Positions 19,470 to 29,913 of a stretch of 64,000 nucleotides of DNA are shown here, in pieces; within the stretch, counting starts at the first letter, position 1, and every line of letters starts with the position of its first letter. Source of the stretch: Minisyncoccota bacterium (GTDB lineage: Bacteria; Patescibacteriota; Microgenomatia; UBA1400; PJMF01); assembly GCA_009885085.1 (NCBI GenBank), contig VFLK01000009.1:3810-67809 (forward strand), given 5' to 3'. The notes under the pieces are model-generated. The model searched no databases, was not told where the DNA came from, and saw nothing but the letters and a program-made list of their open reading frames with translations. A program made the position numbers and the translations under genes.

Positions 19470-19985
19470 ATGAAATCAAGAATTGTTATGCCAGTGATTG
19501 CTATCGGTATTATTGCGATCGCAGCTATGAACTCAGTTAGCTTTGCAAATGCTCAAGGCAGTGAACTCAAAAGTGCGACTTTGGTTAGTCGGATAGCCTC
19601 TAGGTTTGGTTTGAATGAGTCAGAAGTCTCGGAAACATTTGATGAGTTTAGATCAGAGCGTGGTGCTCAGCGTCACGAAAAAATGCAGGAAAGAATGCAA
19701 CAACGACTTGATATTGAAGTTCAAAAAGGATCTTTAACTCAAGATCAGGAGTTTGCAATCATGGCAAAACATGATGAACTAGAAGGAAAATATGATGATC
19801 TTTATAACCTTTCTCCTGAGGATAGACGTGAGGCAAGAGCTGACATTCATGATGAAATGATGGCTTGGGCAGAAAGCAATGGGATTAGCATGGATGAATT
19901 TGAAAGATTTGATGGAGATATGGGAAACGGGTTTGGAGGAGGTCTAGGTAGAGGTCTAGGTAGGGGTATGCATATGGTCAACTAG
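19470..19985 (+). CDS. Secreted helical hypothetical protein
   Basis: Signal peptide (ANA), LVSRIASRFGL motif, Gly-rich tail; AAGGA SD. Confidence 0.7.
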   Translation: MKSRIVMPVIAIGIIAIAAMNSVSFANAQGSELKSATLVSRIASRFGLNESEVSETFDEFRSERGAQRHEKMQERMQQRLDIEVQKGSLTQDQEFAIMAKHDELEGKYDDLYNLSPEDRREARADIHDEMMAWAESNGISMDEFERFDGDMGNGFGGGLGRGLGRGMHMVN

Positions 19986-20033
19986 ATTGGTATGCATATG
20001 GTCAACTAGATTGGTATGCATATGGTCAACTAG
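19965..20033 (+). repeat. 24-bp tandem repeat, about 2.9 copies, spanning a stop codon
   Basis: GGTATGCATATGGTCAACTAGATT at 19965, 19989 and 20013 (last copy partial). Confidence 0.92.
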
Positions 20034-20088
20034 GCCTGGGTATGTTTGGGTGGCTCTCCCAGCCTCTCGTTCATGATAATATAATATT

Positions 20089-21231
20089 ATGAACAAATTA
20101 GTGAGCAGTTTTTTTGGGAAAAAATCAAAATCGTCGAGTAGTAATGCTTTAGAGCAGAACTATAAGACGATTTTTGACTATGTTAGCGATGCACTTTTTA
20201 TTCACGATATAGATACGGGAAAAATTTTAGATGTAAATAAAAAAATGTGCAAAATGTATGGATACAGTAAAGAGGAAGTTTTGCATTCGAGCGCTGGTAC
20301 ATTTTGTTCTGGAATTGCACCATATACTCAAGAAACAGCTCAAGATAAAATTAATCAAGCAGCAACTGGAAAACAACAAGTTTTTGAATGGCAAGCAAAA
20401 ACAAAAACTGGCAAGTTATTTTGGGTGGAGGTAAGATTAGAAAAAGTTGTTTTAGATGGCTTAGACAAAATTATTGCAACTGTGAGAGATATTTCTGATA
20501 GGAAACTTATTGAAGAAAATAAGCTTTATATAGATAAGGCAAAAACTGAGTTTATTTCACTCGCTGCTCATCAATTACGAACTCCACTTGGCTCAATGAG
20601 ATGGAATACTGAAATTTTGCTACAGAGTGCAAAAGAATACAATCTGTCTCCTGAAGTAATTGGTTTAATCAAAAATAATTATCAAAGTAATTTGAAAGTT
20701 ATAGATTTGGTTAACGAATTATTAAATGTTTCTAGAATTGATCATAATAAAGTAAAGTCTGATGTTAAAAGATTTTCTTTGGTTGAGGTAATTGAGGAAA
20801 TAATTGAAGAACTTAGTTATGAAGCAAATCTCAAATCTGTTGTTTTGAATTTTAGAAAAAATAAAGATTATCATTATTTGGTTGAAATGGATCGTAAGCT
20901 CATTAAAGAGGCAATTCAAAATGTGATTGGAAACGCGGTTAAATATTCTTTTCAAAATACAGAGATCTCAATTTCCCTGAACAAAAAAGAAAAGAATTTT
21001 GAGATAAAAATCTCTAATGTTGGAATAGGCATTCCTTCCTTTGATAATAAATATATTTTTGAGAAATTTTTTAGAGCTAAAAATGCTATTAAACTTAGTT
21101 CTAAAGGATTCGGTTTGGGTCTATTTATTGCAAAGTCATTTATCGAAAGGATGGATGGAAATATTTCGTATTCTAGCGATGAAGATAAAAGAACGATCTT
21201 TATTGTGCGAATCCCAGCACCAACGGTCTGA
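20089..21231 (+). CDS. Cytoplasmic PAS sensor histidine kinase
   Basis: PAS/PAC, AAHQLRTP, NAVKYS, FEKFFRA and GFGLGL. Confidence 0.9.
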   Translation: MNKLVSSFFGKKSKSSSSNALEQNYKTIFDYVSDALFIHDIDTGKILDVNKKMCKMYGYSKEEVLHSSAGTFCSGIAPYTQETAQDKINQAATGKQQVFEWQAKTKTGKLFWVEVRLEKVVLDGLDKIIATVRDISDRKLIEENKLYIDKAKTEFISLAAHQLRTPLGSMRWNTEILLQSAKEYNLSPEVIGLIKNNYQSNLKVIDLVNELLNVSRIDHNKVKSDVKRFSLVEVIEEIIEELSYEANLKSVVLNFRKNKDYHYLVEMDRKLIKEAIQNVIGNAVKYSFQNTEISISLNKKEKNFEIKISNVGIGIPSFDNKYIFEKFFRAKNAIKLSSKGFGLGLFIAKSFIERMDGNISYSSDEDKRTIFIVRIPAPTV

Positions 21232-22486
21232 TAAAAAATATTTTATTTTATTATTTTTTGTTAGCGTACTTTTATATTCCGCTGTTATTTTTAAAGTTAA
21301 GACAATACTTTGGGGGGACAGTTTATATTATTACGCATACACAAAATCAATGGTCATTGATCATGATATAGATTTTAAAAATGAAGCATATAGAATTTCT
21401 GATGGTTTTCCAAATGAACCAGAAGTCTCGGAAGTAACGGGAAAAGTAATTAATAAATTTTCTCCAGGGACCTCAATATTTTGGATACCTGGATTTGTTC
21501 TGGGACATGCTGCGAGTAGCATTTTAGAAGCTGTCGACATCATTAAAAATATTGATGGTTATAATTTTGTAACGCAATACGTGGTTGCGGTTTCAGCAAT
21601 TTGTTTTTCTACACTTGGATTATTTTTTTCATATAAAACTATCAAATTATTTTTTGATAGAAAAACTGCACTATTAATAACATTGTTTTTGTATCTAACA
21701 ACGCAGATGTTTTACTATACTTCAATTGATCCTTTGAATTCTCACTCCTCATCTTTTATGCTGTCATCGTTATTTTTATATTTGTTGGCATTTTTTTCAA
21801 AAACAAGAAATCTTAGCTGGCAAAAAATGATAACTTTTGGATTCATAGGTGGCGCAATGGTGCTAGTAAGAAATCAAGATATCGTGCTGCTTGTTCCGGC
21901 TTCTCTTTATTTTTTAACCAAAAATGGTGGCATATTAAACAGGGAGGGATTAATGGAAATGATAAATAGAATGATTCTATTTTGGGGAAGCATTTTTTTG
22001 ATATTAAGTATTCAAATGTTTATTACACTAGATTTATACGGAATAGTTGGAAGCCCTTACATTATCGGAGGCGAAAAATTGTCCTGGTTTAAACCAGATT
22101 TTATTAGAGTTTTGTTTAGTTTTGAAAATGGTTTGTTTACATTTGCGCCAATAATAATAATTTCGTTAATTGGATTATTATTGGCTTCGAATAATGTCTC
22201 AAAAAGCCAACAGCAAGCAGTATTGTTCAGACATCTCAGTCTAATCTCAATTTTTGCTTTCCTTTTACAGCTATATGTAGTTGCTTCCTGGGGGAGAGAA
22301 ATTATTGGGGGTCCATACGGATCGAGAATGTTTATTAGTATTTTGCCTTATTTATCATTAGGGTTGGCACTAGTCATTAAAAGATATAAAAATCATCGCA
22401 ACTTCAAATGGGCTACTTTCATAGGACTTGCATTACTATTTGCCAATAATTTGGCTCAAACTGCGATAATGCTTATTAGATTTTAG
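21179..22486 (+). CDS. Polytopic GT-C-type glycosyltransferase-like membrane protein
   Basis: GDSLYYYAY...DHDIDF, many TM helices, G-LF-FAP and YGSRMF motifs; start uncertain. Confidence 0.7.
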   Translation: MKIKERSLLCESQHQRSDKKYFILLFFVSVLLYSAVIFKVKTILWGDSLYYYAYTKSMVIDHDIDFKNEAYRISDGFPNEPEVSEVTGKVINKFSPGTSIFWIPGFVLGHAASSILEAVDIIKNIDGYNFVTQYVVAVSAICFSTLGLFFSYKTIKLFFDRKTALLITLFLYLTTQMFYYTSIDPLNSHSSSFMLSSLFLYLLAFFSKTRNLSWQKMITFGFIGGAMVLVRNQDIVLLVPASLYFLTKNGGILNREGLMEMINRMILFWGSIFLILSIQMFITLDLYGIVGSPYIIGGEKLSWFKPDFIRVLFSFENGLFTFAPIIIISLIGLLLASNNVSKSQQQAVLFRHLSLISIFAFLLQLYVVASWGREIIGGPYGSRMFISILPYLSLGLALVIKRYKNHRNFKWATFIGLALLFANNLAQTAIMLIRF

Positions 22487-22515
22487 GTTTATTTATCTTT
22501 TTAAAATAATATATA

Positions 22516-23460
22516 TTAAAAAGATAATCTATTGAGTAATCTTCCTAATAGAGATTCAGCAGGTAATTCTGACTCTATGACTTCGCCAGTTTCATCAACT
22601 AATATGATTTCAGTGTCAATATCTCTTGAAAATAAGCCAAGGAATTTAGTCATTTTTGTGCCTTTGGTTTTATAAACTATTGTGCCATCTTCGGTAGTTG
22701 AAACCTCTATATCAGCTTCTTCAAGATCGTCAGCGGCAACTTCTTCCATTCTCATTAATGCTTGGTCTGGAAAATGATTTAATTCGTGAACGTTTCCACT
22801 TGGAGTTGTTAGTGTCACTATTCCAGATTCTGAGTCATAAACAAATTCTGCTCTAGTAAGACGGGCGGTTACACCTCTAGACTCTAATTCCATTTCTTGT
22901 GTGCTGTCCTCACGCTGTTTGTTTCTTAATTCAAGTTGTTCCTCTACTCTTGCCTGTCGTTCTTCTTTTAGTTTTTCCAAGTATGCTTTATGCTCTTCAC
23001 GGGTTTGTTTTATGTCAGTTTTATTTTTTTCTGAAATTTTTACTTGAGCTTTTGTTTTTTTAGAAGGAATTTCCATACTAAATCGATTCACTTTCGAAGA
23101 TTCTAATTTATTAGAACCAGATCTTTTTTCGATATCTACTTTGATTTCTTCATTGTCTGTTTCAATGCTGATTTTGCCACCATCTAGATTAGTTGTTTTG
23201 ATTAAATCCCCAAGCTCTCTTTCATCCTCAATTTTATTCTCGTCTGCATCGTTGCTCTCATCCTCAATTTTATTCTCGTCTGCATCGTTGCTTTCATCCT
23301 CAATTTCATTTTCTTCCGTATCATCATCTCCCAGGACAGCATCTTCGTAAAAATACACTTTTCCGTCCTGAGAAATTTTTAGTTCAAGCGCAAAAACCTG
23401 TGGTATCGAGATTGATAATGCAATTACAGCTAAAACTGTAATAATAAATATATTTTTCAT
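22516..23460 (-). CDS. Secreted acidic hypothetical protein
   Basis: Signal peptide (VFA), acidic repeats and C-terminal TPSG...PDQA...KFLGLF...ETGEV domain. Confidence 0.7.
   Translation of the reverse strand: MKNIFIITVLAVIALSISIPQVFALELKISQDGKVYFYEDAVLGDDDTEENEIEDESNDADENKIEDESNDADENKIEDERELGDLIKTTNLDGGKISIETDNEEIKVDIEKRSGSNKLESSKVNRFSMEIPSKKTKAQVKISEKNKTDIKQTREEHKAYLEKLKEERQARVEEQLELRNKQREDSTQEMELESRGVTARLTRAEFVYDSESGIVTLTTPSGNVHELNHFPDQALMRMEEVAADDLEEADIEVSTTEDGTIVYKTKGTKMTKFLGLFSRDIDTEIILVDETGEVIESELPAESLLGRLLNRLSF
23222..23313 (-). repeat. 36-bp in-frame tandem repeat, about 2.5 copies (ENKIEDESNDAD)
   Basis: Near-identical units at 23222, 23258 and 23294. Confidence 0.88.
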
Positions 23461-23592
23461 AGTTTCCTTGAGTTACAAGATGATATTACTTGTTTATATT
23501 AATTAGATACATAATGACAAATTTATGAGGAGATTGCAAGCACTTTTAGACTTCTTATTGACTATGAGTCAAAAATCATCTTCAATGTATAT

Positions 23593-24483
23593 ATGCAAAA
23601 AAATTTTGAAAACCCAGTACAAATGACTCATGAAAAATCGAAAGATTGCTGTTCTTCTGATGAACACTGTGGAACCAGTATGAAGGGTGGTTTACCAATT
23701 AAAAAAGGTATGCTTTCTTTTATTACTTTGGCTATGGTTGCGACAACAACGGTATTGACAGTGCTATTAATCAATGAAAAAAAAATGAATGTTGTTTTGC
23801 CTGCGCCAGATGCAAAACCTGCTGAAACTGTTGCAAAAACTTATGAAATGCCTGCAATGAAAACTGTTGGAGAAAAAATTGATTTACCGGAGCCAAAAAC
23901 CACTGGAAAAATGTCAGTTGAAGAGGCCATTCAAACCAGAAGAAGCAAGAGAGTTTATTCTGAGGAACCAGTAACGCTATCAGAATTAAGTCAAATACTG
24001 TGGTCTGCTCAAGGTGTTACAGATGATAAGGGTCATAGAACTGCGCCATCGGCAAGAGGTGTCTATCCTTACTCACTTTATGTTGTTGTAAGGAACGTAG
24101 AAGGATTAGACCAAGGTTTATATTTATATGATTCAGCAACCAATACCTTGGGCAATCTTGGTTTAACTAATGCGGGAGAACTTTTAGCAGCATCTGGAGT
24201 TCAAGATAATTCGCAAAAAGCTCCAGTCGTTATTGCTTTAACAGCAGCATTTGCAAAAGCTGCGGTTAGTTTCCCAAACAATCCAGAAGAAGTTACCTTT
24301 TTAGAAGGTGGTCATATTGGTCAAAATATCTATCTACAAGCTGAGGCAATGAAAATGGCTACTGTTGTTACTGCAGGTTTTGATGTAGCAAAAGTTGGAG
24401 CTGCTCTTGGACTAGATAAAAATGAAACTATTGTCTATTTAATTCCTTTCGGTCATGTTGGGGTTGAAACTGTGGCTGAATAG
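23593..24483 (+). CDS. SagB/ThcOx-type nitroreductase-family flavoprotein with N-terminal TM anchor
   Basis: RRSKR, LSQILWSAQG, RTAPSA, EGGHIGQN; hydrophobic helix near residues 40-60. Confidence 0.85.
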   Translation: MQKNFENPVQMTHEKSKDCCSSDEHCGTSMKGGLPIKKGMLSFITLAMVATTTVLTVLLINEKKMNVVLPAPDAKPAETVAKTYEMPAMKTVGEKIDLPEPKTTGKMSVEEAIQTRRSKRVYSEEPVTLSELSQILWSAQGVTDDKGHRTAPSARGVYPYSLYVVVRNVEGLDQGLYLYDSATNTLGNLGLTNAGELLAASGVQDNSQKAPVVIALTAAFAKAAVSFPNNPEEVTFLEGGHIGQNIYLQAEAMKMATVVTAGFDVAKVGAALGLDKNETIVYLIPFGHVGVETVAE

Positions 24484-24497
24484 TAATTAATAAACTT

Positions 24498-26762
24498 ATG
24501 GCTTTAAATAAAAAAACGTTTTTTAATTTTTTTTTAGGTCAGAAAAATAATTTTTCTAAAGGAAAGGACAATTCTTTGTTAAATTTAGATTTGATGTTCT
24601 ATCCAAAATCGATTGCTCTTGTTGGGGCATCTTCAGATGATAAAAAGTTAGGTTCAATTGTTCTAAAAAACATTATTGATTCCGGATTTAAAGGAGAAAT
24701 ATTTCCTCTCAATTTAACATCAGCGACCATTTTAGGTTTGAAGACATATAAAGACTATGAAGATTTGCCGTCAATTCCTGATTTGGCATTAATTGCAATT
24801 CCAGCAAAATTTGTTTTAGAAGTTCTTGAAAAAATTATTAAAAAAGGTACCAAAAACGTAGTGATTTTTAGTGCTGGTTTTAAAGAGGCTGGATTGGAGG
24901 GACTAGCACTTGAACAAGATCTTTTGGAAATGATTAAAAAAAGTTCCACTGATGGTTCAATAAAAATTAACGTTTTAGGACCAAACTGTTTGGGCTTTGT
25001 GAACAATCTTTTTCCCGTTAACGTGACTTTCGGTCAGCCAGTAAATAAAAAAGGAAACTTAAGATTTATTTCTCAATCTGGTGCAATAGCATCAAGCGTC
25101 TTTGATTGGGCAGAATATAATGAAATTGGATTTAGCGAATTTGTGACACTTGGAAATAAGACAGATCTTAATGAAAATGATGTTTTAAAATATTTCTATG
25201 AAAATGATATTTCTTCTCAAACTAAAGAAGAAGGTAACTCTGGTTTAGTACCAGTTGGAATGTATTTAGAGTCAATTATTGATGGTAAAGAATTCATTAA
25301 TATTTCTAAAAAATTGTCTGCCAAAAATCCACTTTTTCTATTAAAGCCAGGCAAGTCAAATGAGTCTAAAAAGGCAATGCAATCGCATACAGGTTCAATT
25401 GCTGGTGAGGACTATGTTTTAGACGTTGCTCTTAAAAAAGCTGGAATTATTCGTTGCGATGGCATAGAAGATTTTTTTGACTTAGCCAAAGTCTTTGCTT
25501 GGGAAAAAATTCCAAAAGGGAAGAATATTGCAATAATATCTAATGCTGGTGGACCTGCAGTTTTGAGTTCAGATTTTGTAGCAGAAGAAGGGTTAAAGTT
25601 AGTTCGCTTTGACGAGGAAACTAGAAATGAGCTAGAGAAGCATTTGCCAAGAGCAGCAAGTATTTTAAATCCAGTGGACGTTTTAGGAGACGCCTTGGCC
25701 GAAAGATATGAGAGTGCGATCAAGACCTTAATTGTTGATGAAGACGTTCATTCCTTACTGATTATTTTGACCCCTCAGGTTATGACTCAAATTGAGCAAA
25801 CTGCTGAAGTGATTGGCAGGTTGTCACTTGAGTTTAGTAAGCCAATAATTTGTTCGTTTATGGGAGGTAGTCACATTGCAAAAGGAGAAAAAGTTCTAAA
25901 TAAGTTTAAAATTCCATCTTTCAGATATCCTGAAAGAGCGGTTAAGGCAATTGCTAGAATGAGCCAATGGGCTGAGTACAGAGATCTTTTAAATGTAAGT
26001 TCTGGATCAGTGATCTCGTCAAAATCAGTAATTTCAACAAAAGAAAGCGATTTATCTCAAGATAAACAAAATTTTGAGGCAAATAAAATATTATCGAAGG
26101 TTTTAACAACAGATAGAAAAAACCTAGATAGTTTTGAAGCTAATGGAATGTTACAAGCTTATGGAATCAATACTCCGCCAACTAAAAAGTGTATGGGTCT
26201 TGATGACGCGAGATCATTTGTGCAAGAAAATAGTTTTCCTGTAGTGCTTAAGATATCTTCTCCTCAAATGTTGCATAAAAGTGATGAGGGAGGCGTGATT
26301 GTGGGAATTGATAACGATGAAATACTTGAAGAAGCATTCAGGAGTATGCAAAAAATTATGGAAAACATGAAAGAATCTAATTTCAATTCAATTCAAATTC
26401 AAAAACAGGTTGCAAAAGGTTTGGAGTTAATAATTGGTTCTAAAAAAGATATTGTTTTTGGGAATGTTTTGATGTTTGGTGCCGGTGGCATTCTAGCAAA
26501 TTTAATTGAGGATCGAAATTTGGGATTAATTCCAATAAGTGAGGCAGAAGTAGCTTTGATGATCAAAAACTCAAAAGTAAATAAACTGATTGAGGGCTAT
26601 CGTGGCGAAAAAGGCTATGACTCAACTAAAATTGCAGATTTGATTTCTAAATTTCAAACTATGATCAGTTCTCATCCAGAAATATCTGAAGCGGATATCA
26701 ACCCGGTGATATTAAATGATGATGGAATTTGGGCAGTAGATGGTAAAATAATCTTAATATGA
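24498..26762 (+). CDS. Acetate--CoA ligase (ADP-forming), fused alpha-beta
   Basis: IALVGAS, GPNCLG, SQSGA, SHTGS, NAGGP, NPVDVLG, HKSDEGGV and DINP motifs. Confidence 0.92.
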   Translation: MALNKKTFFNFFLGQKNNFSKGKDNSLLNLDLMFYPKSIALVGASSDDKKLGSIVLKNIIDSGFKGEIFPLNLTSATILGLKTYKDYEDLPSIPDLALIAIPAKFVLEVLEKIIKKGTKNVVIFSAGFKEAGLEGLALEQDLLEMIKKSSTDGSIKINVLGPNCLGFVNNLFPVNVTFGQPVNKKGNLRFISQSGAIASSVFDWAEYNEIGFSEFVTLGNKTDLNENDVLKYFYENDISSQTKEEGNSGLVPVGMYLESIIDGKEFINISKKLSAKNPLFLLKPGKSNESKKAMQSHTGSIAGEDYVLDVALKKAGIIRCDGIEDFFDLAKVFAWEKIPKGKNIAIISNAGGPAVLSSDFVAEEGLKLVRFDEETRNELEKHLPRAASILNPVDVLGDALAERYESAIKTLIVDEDVHSLLIILTPQVMTQIEQTAEVIGRLSLEFSKPIICSFMGGSHIAKGEKVLNKFKIPSFRYPERAVKAIARMSQWAEYRDLLNVSSGSVISSKSVISTKESDLSQDKQNFEANKILSKVLTTDRKNLDSFEANGMLQAYGINTPPTKKCMGLDDARSFVQENSFPVVLKISSPQMLHKSDEGGVIVGIDNDEILEEAFRSMQKIMENMKESNFNSIQIQKQVAKGLELIIGSKKDIVFGNVLMFGAGGILANLIEDRNLGLIPISEAEVALMIKNSKVNKLIEGYRGEKGYDSTKIADLISKFQTMISSHPEISEADINPVILNDDGIWAVDGKIILI

Positions 26763-27229
26763 TTGAATCAAATATTCCAATTCACATAATTTATGCTTCC
26801 ACATCTGGAAACACAGAATTCATTATGGATAAAGTTGCCGATGTATGGCGAAAATTGGGAAAAGAAGTTTTCCTTCACAGATCTGAGAAAACAGATATTA
26901 ACGTTTTCAAAGATAATAAATACTTTTTATTAGCCACTTCTACCTGGGATCACGGGACTATTAATCCTTTTTTCGATAGGTTGCTAGCTGAAATGAAAAC
27001 AGCTGATTTTTCTGGAAAGTCTGCCTCCTTCATAGGTTTAGGTGACAGAAGGTATGAATCTCATCTTTTTTGCGCAGGAATGACAATTTTAAAGGAAGTT
27101 TGGGAGAAAAGTAATGGAAAATCTCTTGGTGTGGCATTAACAATTGGCAGAGAGCCGTTTGATGAAATAATTGATAAATTAGTGAGAGATTGGGCTGAAA
27201 AAACTCTAAAATTATTTGAAGAAAATTAA
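26759..27229 (+). CDS. Flavodoxin
   Basis: YASTSGNTE, STWDHG, GLGD and FCAG motifs. Confidence 0.9.
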   Translation: MIESNIPIHIIYASTSGNTEFIMDKVADVWRKLGKEVFLHRSEKTDINVFKDNKYFLLATSTWDHGTINPFFDRLLAEMKTADFSGKSASFIGLGDRRYESHLFCAGMTILKEVWEKSNGKSLGVALTIGREPFDEIIDKLVRDWAEKTLKLFEEN

Positions 27230-27241
27230 TGGACTAATAAT

Positions 27242-28987
27242 ATGAATTTTAAAAATCGTTTTGTTGTTAAAGTTGTCGGCGAATCAGGACAAGGAGTCAA
27301 CTCCATCGGTGAGGTTTTAGCCAAAGCGTTAAAAGACAACGGTTTATATATTTTTGGTTATAGAGAATATCCTTCTCTTATTAAAGGCGGTGACGCTAGT
27401 TACCAAATTGACATTGATAATATTGAAATCAAATCTTCTTCATCACACTGCGATGTATTAATGTGTCTATCGAGAAGTTCGTTTAAGAAGTATTTGAGGT
27501 CAGTTCGAGAAAATGGTTCTATCATTAACAGTGTAGTTAGCCTCCTACTTACTCCAGAGGAAGAGTCCTTTGTTAAAGAAAATAAAATTAATATTGAATT
27601 TATTCCTGCTAAGGATATCGCAATTGAGCTCGGGGGCAAAAGAATTATGTCCAACACGATTATGTTGGGAGCAATTTGGCAAATTTTTGGACTAGAAATT
27701 AGGAAAATGGAAGATAATATCAGAGAAATTTTTTCAAAAAAACCTGATGTGGTCGATATTAATTTAAAATGTTTGAATGCAGGTTTCAATTATGATTTAT
27801 CAAAATTAATTAGACCAAAGTTAGAAATAAGACAAACTGAAAACTTTAAGGATGATTTATTGCTAACTGGGAATCATGCAATCAGCTTGGGTGCCATTGC
27901 TGCAGGAGTGAGAGTCTTTTATTCCTACCCAATGACTCCAAGTAGCTCGATACTTACTTATTTATCTAGTGTCTATCACGAAACTGGAATGATCGTCAAG
28001 CAAATTGAGGACGAAATTTCTGTGGCTAATATGGCAATTGGTTCAATGCATATGGGAGCAAGAACTCTGATTGCAACTTCTGGCGGTGGATTTGATTTAA
28101 TGACAGAGGCAGTTTCATTGACTGGAATAACTGAAACACCATTCGTATGTGTACTTGCTCAACGACCTGGTCCTGGAACCGGCTTGCCAACTTGGACTGC
28201 TGCATCAGATTTAAACTTAGCTATTTATTCTGGGCATGGAGAATACGCCAAATGTGTTATAGCTGCTCATGATATTGCTTCATGTTATACCGTAACTCAA
28301 CAGGCATTTAATATTGCCGAAAAGTATCAGATACCGGTAATTATTTTGACAGAAAAGCAAATTGCAGAGTCGATTTTTCAAGTGGATAGAATGCCTCAGG
28401 ATATTCCAATAGAACGTCATATTCTTGAGGGCGAGGAACTTGAAAAAATTACCTCGCTTGATAGGTATAAAAATACTGAATCTGGAGTTTCTCCAAGATG
28501 GTTGCCAGGAAGTTGTGATGCAGTTTTTGATGCAAACAGCGACGAACATCTTTCTGATGGATCTTTGACAGAAGATGCAGTTCCTGCGAAAGAAATGTAC
28601 GAGAAGAGAATTAGAAAAGAAGAATATTTGCTGAAGGATTTACCAGAGCCAGAGATATTTGGTAGCGAAGATCCTGATATTTCATTTGTAGGATGGGGAA
28701 GTGTCAAAAACACTATGCTCGATGTGATGAACATCTTAAATGAGCGTGAGAAAAAGAAGGTCGCTTATTTGCATTATGAATATATTTATCCTCTAAGAAC
28801 AGAAGTTTTCCAAAGTTATGCTAAAAATGCCAAAAAGTTAGTATTAATTGAAAATAATGCTACTGGCCAATTAGGTAATCTAATTACTTCGAAAACTGGC
28901 GTCTTGTTTAAAAATAAATTGTTGAAGTTTGATGGTAGAGCATTCTTTTTGGAAGATATTATCGAATACATTGAAAGTGAGGAGTAA
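27242..28987 (+). CDS. korA: 2-oxoacid:acceptor oxidoreductase alpha subunit (gamma-alpha fusion)
   Basis: GESGQG, EYPSLIKGG, YPMTP, EDEI, TSGGG and QRPGPGTGLPT. Confidence 0.9.
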   Translation: MNFKNRFVVKVVGESGQGVNSIGEVLAKALKDNGLYIFGYREYPSLIKGGDASYQIDIDNIEIKSSSSHCDVLMCLSRSSFKKYLRSVRENGSIINSVVSLLLTPEEESFVKENKINIEFIPAKDIAIELGGKRIMSNTIMLGAIWQIFGLEIRKMEDNIREIFSKKPDVVDINLKCLNAGFNYDLSKLIRPKLEIRQTENFKDDLLLTGNHAISLGAIAAGVRVFYSYPMTPSSSILTYLSSVYHETGMIVKQIEDEISVANMAIGSMHMGARTLIATSGGGFDLMTEAVSLTGITETPFVCVLAQRPGPGTGLPTWTAASDLNLAIYSGHGEYAKCVIAAHDIASCYTVTQQAFNIAEKYQIPVIILTEKQIAESIFQVDRMPQDIPIERHILEGEELEKITSLDRYKNTESGVSPRWLPGSCDAVFDANSDEHLSDGSLTEDAVPAKEMYEKRIRKEEYLLKDLPEPEIFGSEDPDISFVGWGSVKNTMLDVMNILNEREKKKVAYLHYEYIYPLRTEVFQSYAKNAKKLVLIENNATGQLGNLITSKTGVLFKNKLLKFDGRAFFLEDIIEYIESEE

Positions 28988-28988
28988 T

Positions 28989-29900
28989 ATGGCTTGCATA
29001 AATTGTAATTCAACCACCTCTCCAACAATGAAAGACTTTCAGTCAAAGAATATTTTCACATGGTGTACCAACTGCGGAAATTACGGAATCCATACTGCTA
29101 TAAGAAGAGCGTTGGTTTCAAAGAAAATTTTGGCTTGTAATACACTTACCTGCTTTGATATTGGTTGTAATGGAAATGGATCTGATAAAATTGGTGGATA
29201 TAATTTTCATGGTTTGCATGGAAGAGCCATTCCATTAGCAGTTGGGGCTGAGATGGCTAATAGAAATGTTACAGTAATTGCTTTTGGTGGTGATGGCGGG
29301 ACTCTTGGCGAGGGAATTGGACATTTAGTTCACGCCGTCAGAGGTAACTACAATATTACTTTTGTTTTGCATAATAATTTAAACTATGGATTAACCACCG
29401 GACAAGCTTCTGCAACAACAAAAAAGAGTATGAAGATGAATTGTTCTCCAGATGGAACAAATTCTGAGCTTTTGCATCCTTTAAAATTTGTTTTATCACT
29501 TGAATCTACATTTGTAGCCAGAAGTTTTTCGGGAGACGTAAAACATATGAGCAAAGTCTTTGAACAAGCATTAGATCATAAAGGCTTTAGCTTTGTAGAA
29601 ATTTTGCAAAGTTGTCCAACTTATAATAAAGAAACTCCTCACGAGTGGTATATGGATAGAGTTTATGATGTGGGAACTATCGACGGATATGATAGTTCTA
29701 ATCGGGAATTAGCACTAAAAACTGCTCAGGACCAAGAGGAAAAAATAGCCATTGGTGTTTTATATCAAGACAAAAACAGCATCCCTCAAATTGACAGACA
29801 AATGAATAGAAATGGGCAGATGGGGATTAAGATCGAAACAGAAGTTTACGAAGAAACAAGACAATATGATATTTCAAAATTACTTGAGAAATTTAGATAA
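28989..29900 (+). CDS. korB: 2-oxoacid:acceptor oxidoreductase beta subunit
   Basis: WCTNCG, DIGC, HGRAIP, GGDG...NNLNYGLTTGQ TPP motif and QSCPTY. Confidence 0.9.
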   Translation: MACINCNSTTSPTMKDFQSKNIFTWCTNCGNYGIHTAIRRALVSKKILACNTLTCFDIGCNGNGSDKIGGYNFHGLHGRAIPLAVGAEMANRNVTVIAFGGDGGTLGEGIGHLVHAVRGNYNITFVLHNNLNYGLTTGQASATTKKSMKMNCSPDGTNSELLHPLKFVLSLESTFVARSFSGDVKHMSKVFEQALDHKGFSFVEILQSCPTYNKETPHEWYMDRVYDVGTIDGYDSSNRELALKTAQDQEEKIAIGVLYQDKNSIPQIDRQMNRNGQMGIKIETEVYEETRQYDISKLLEKFR

Positions 29901-29913
29901 TTTTAAAATTCTT

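Noticed and set aside
19965-20033. CRISPR array
   Set aside because: The units are head-to-tail with no spacers, and there is no cas operon.
23593-24483. RiPP (azole) biosynthesis cluster
   Set aside because: There is no YcaO, E1-like or precursor gene. Stand-alone SagB-type nitroreductases are common.
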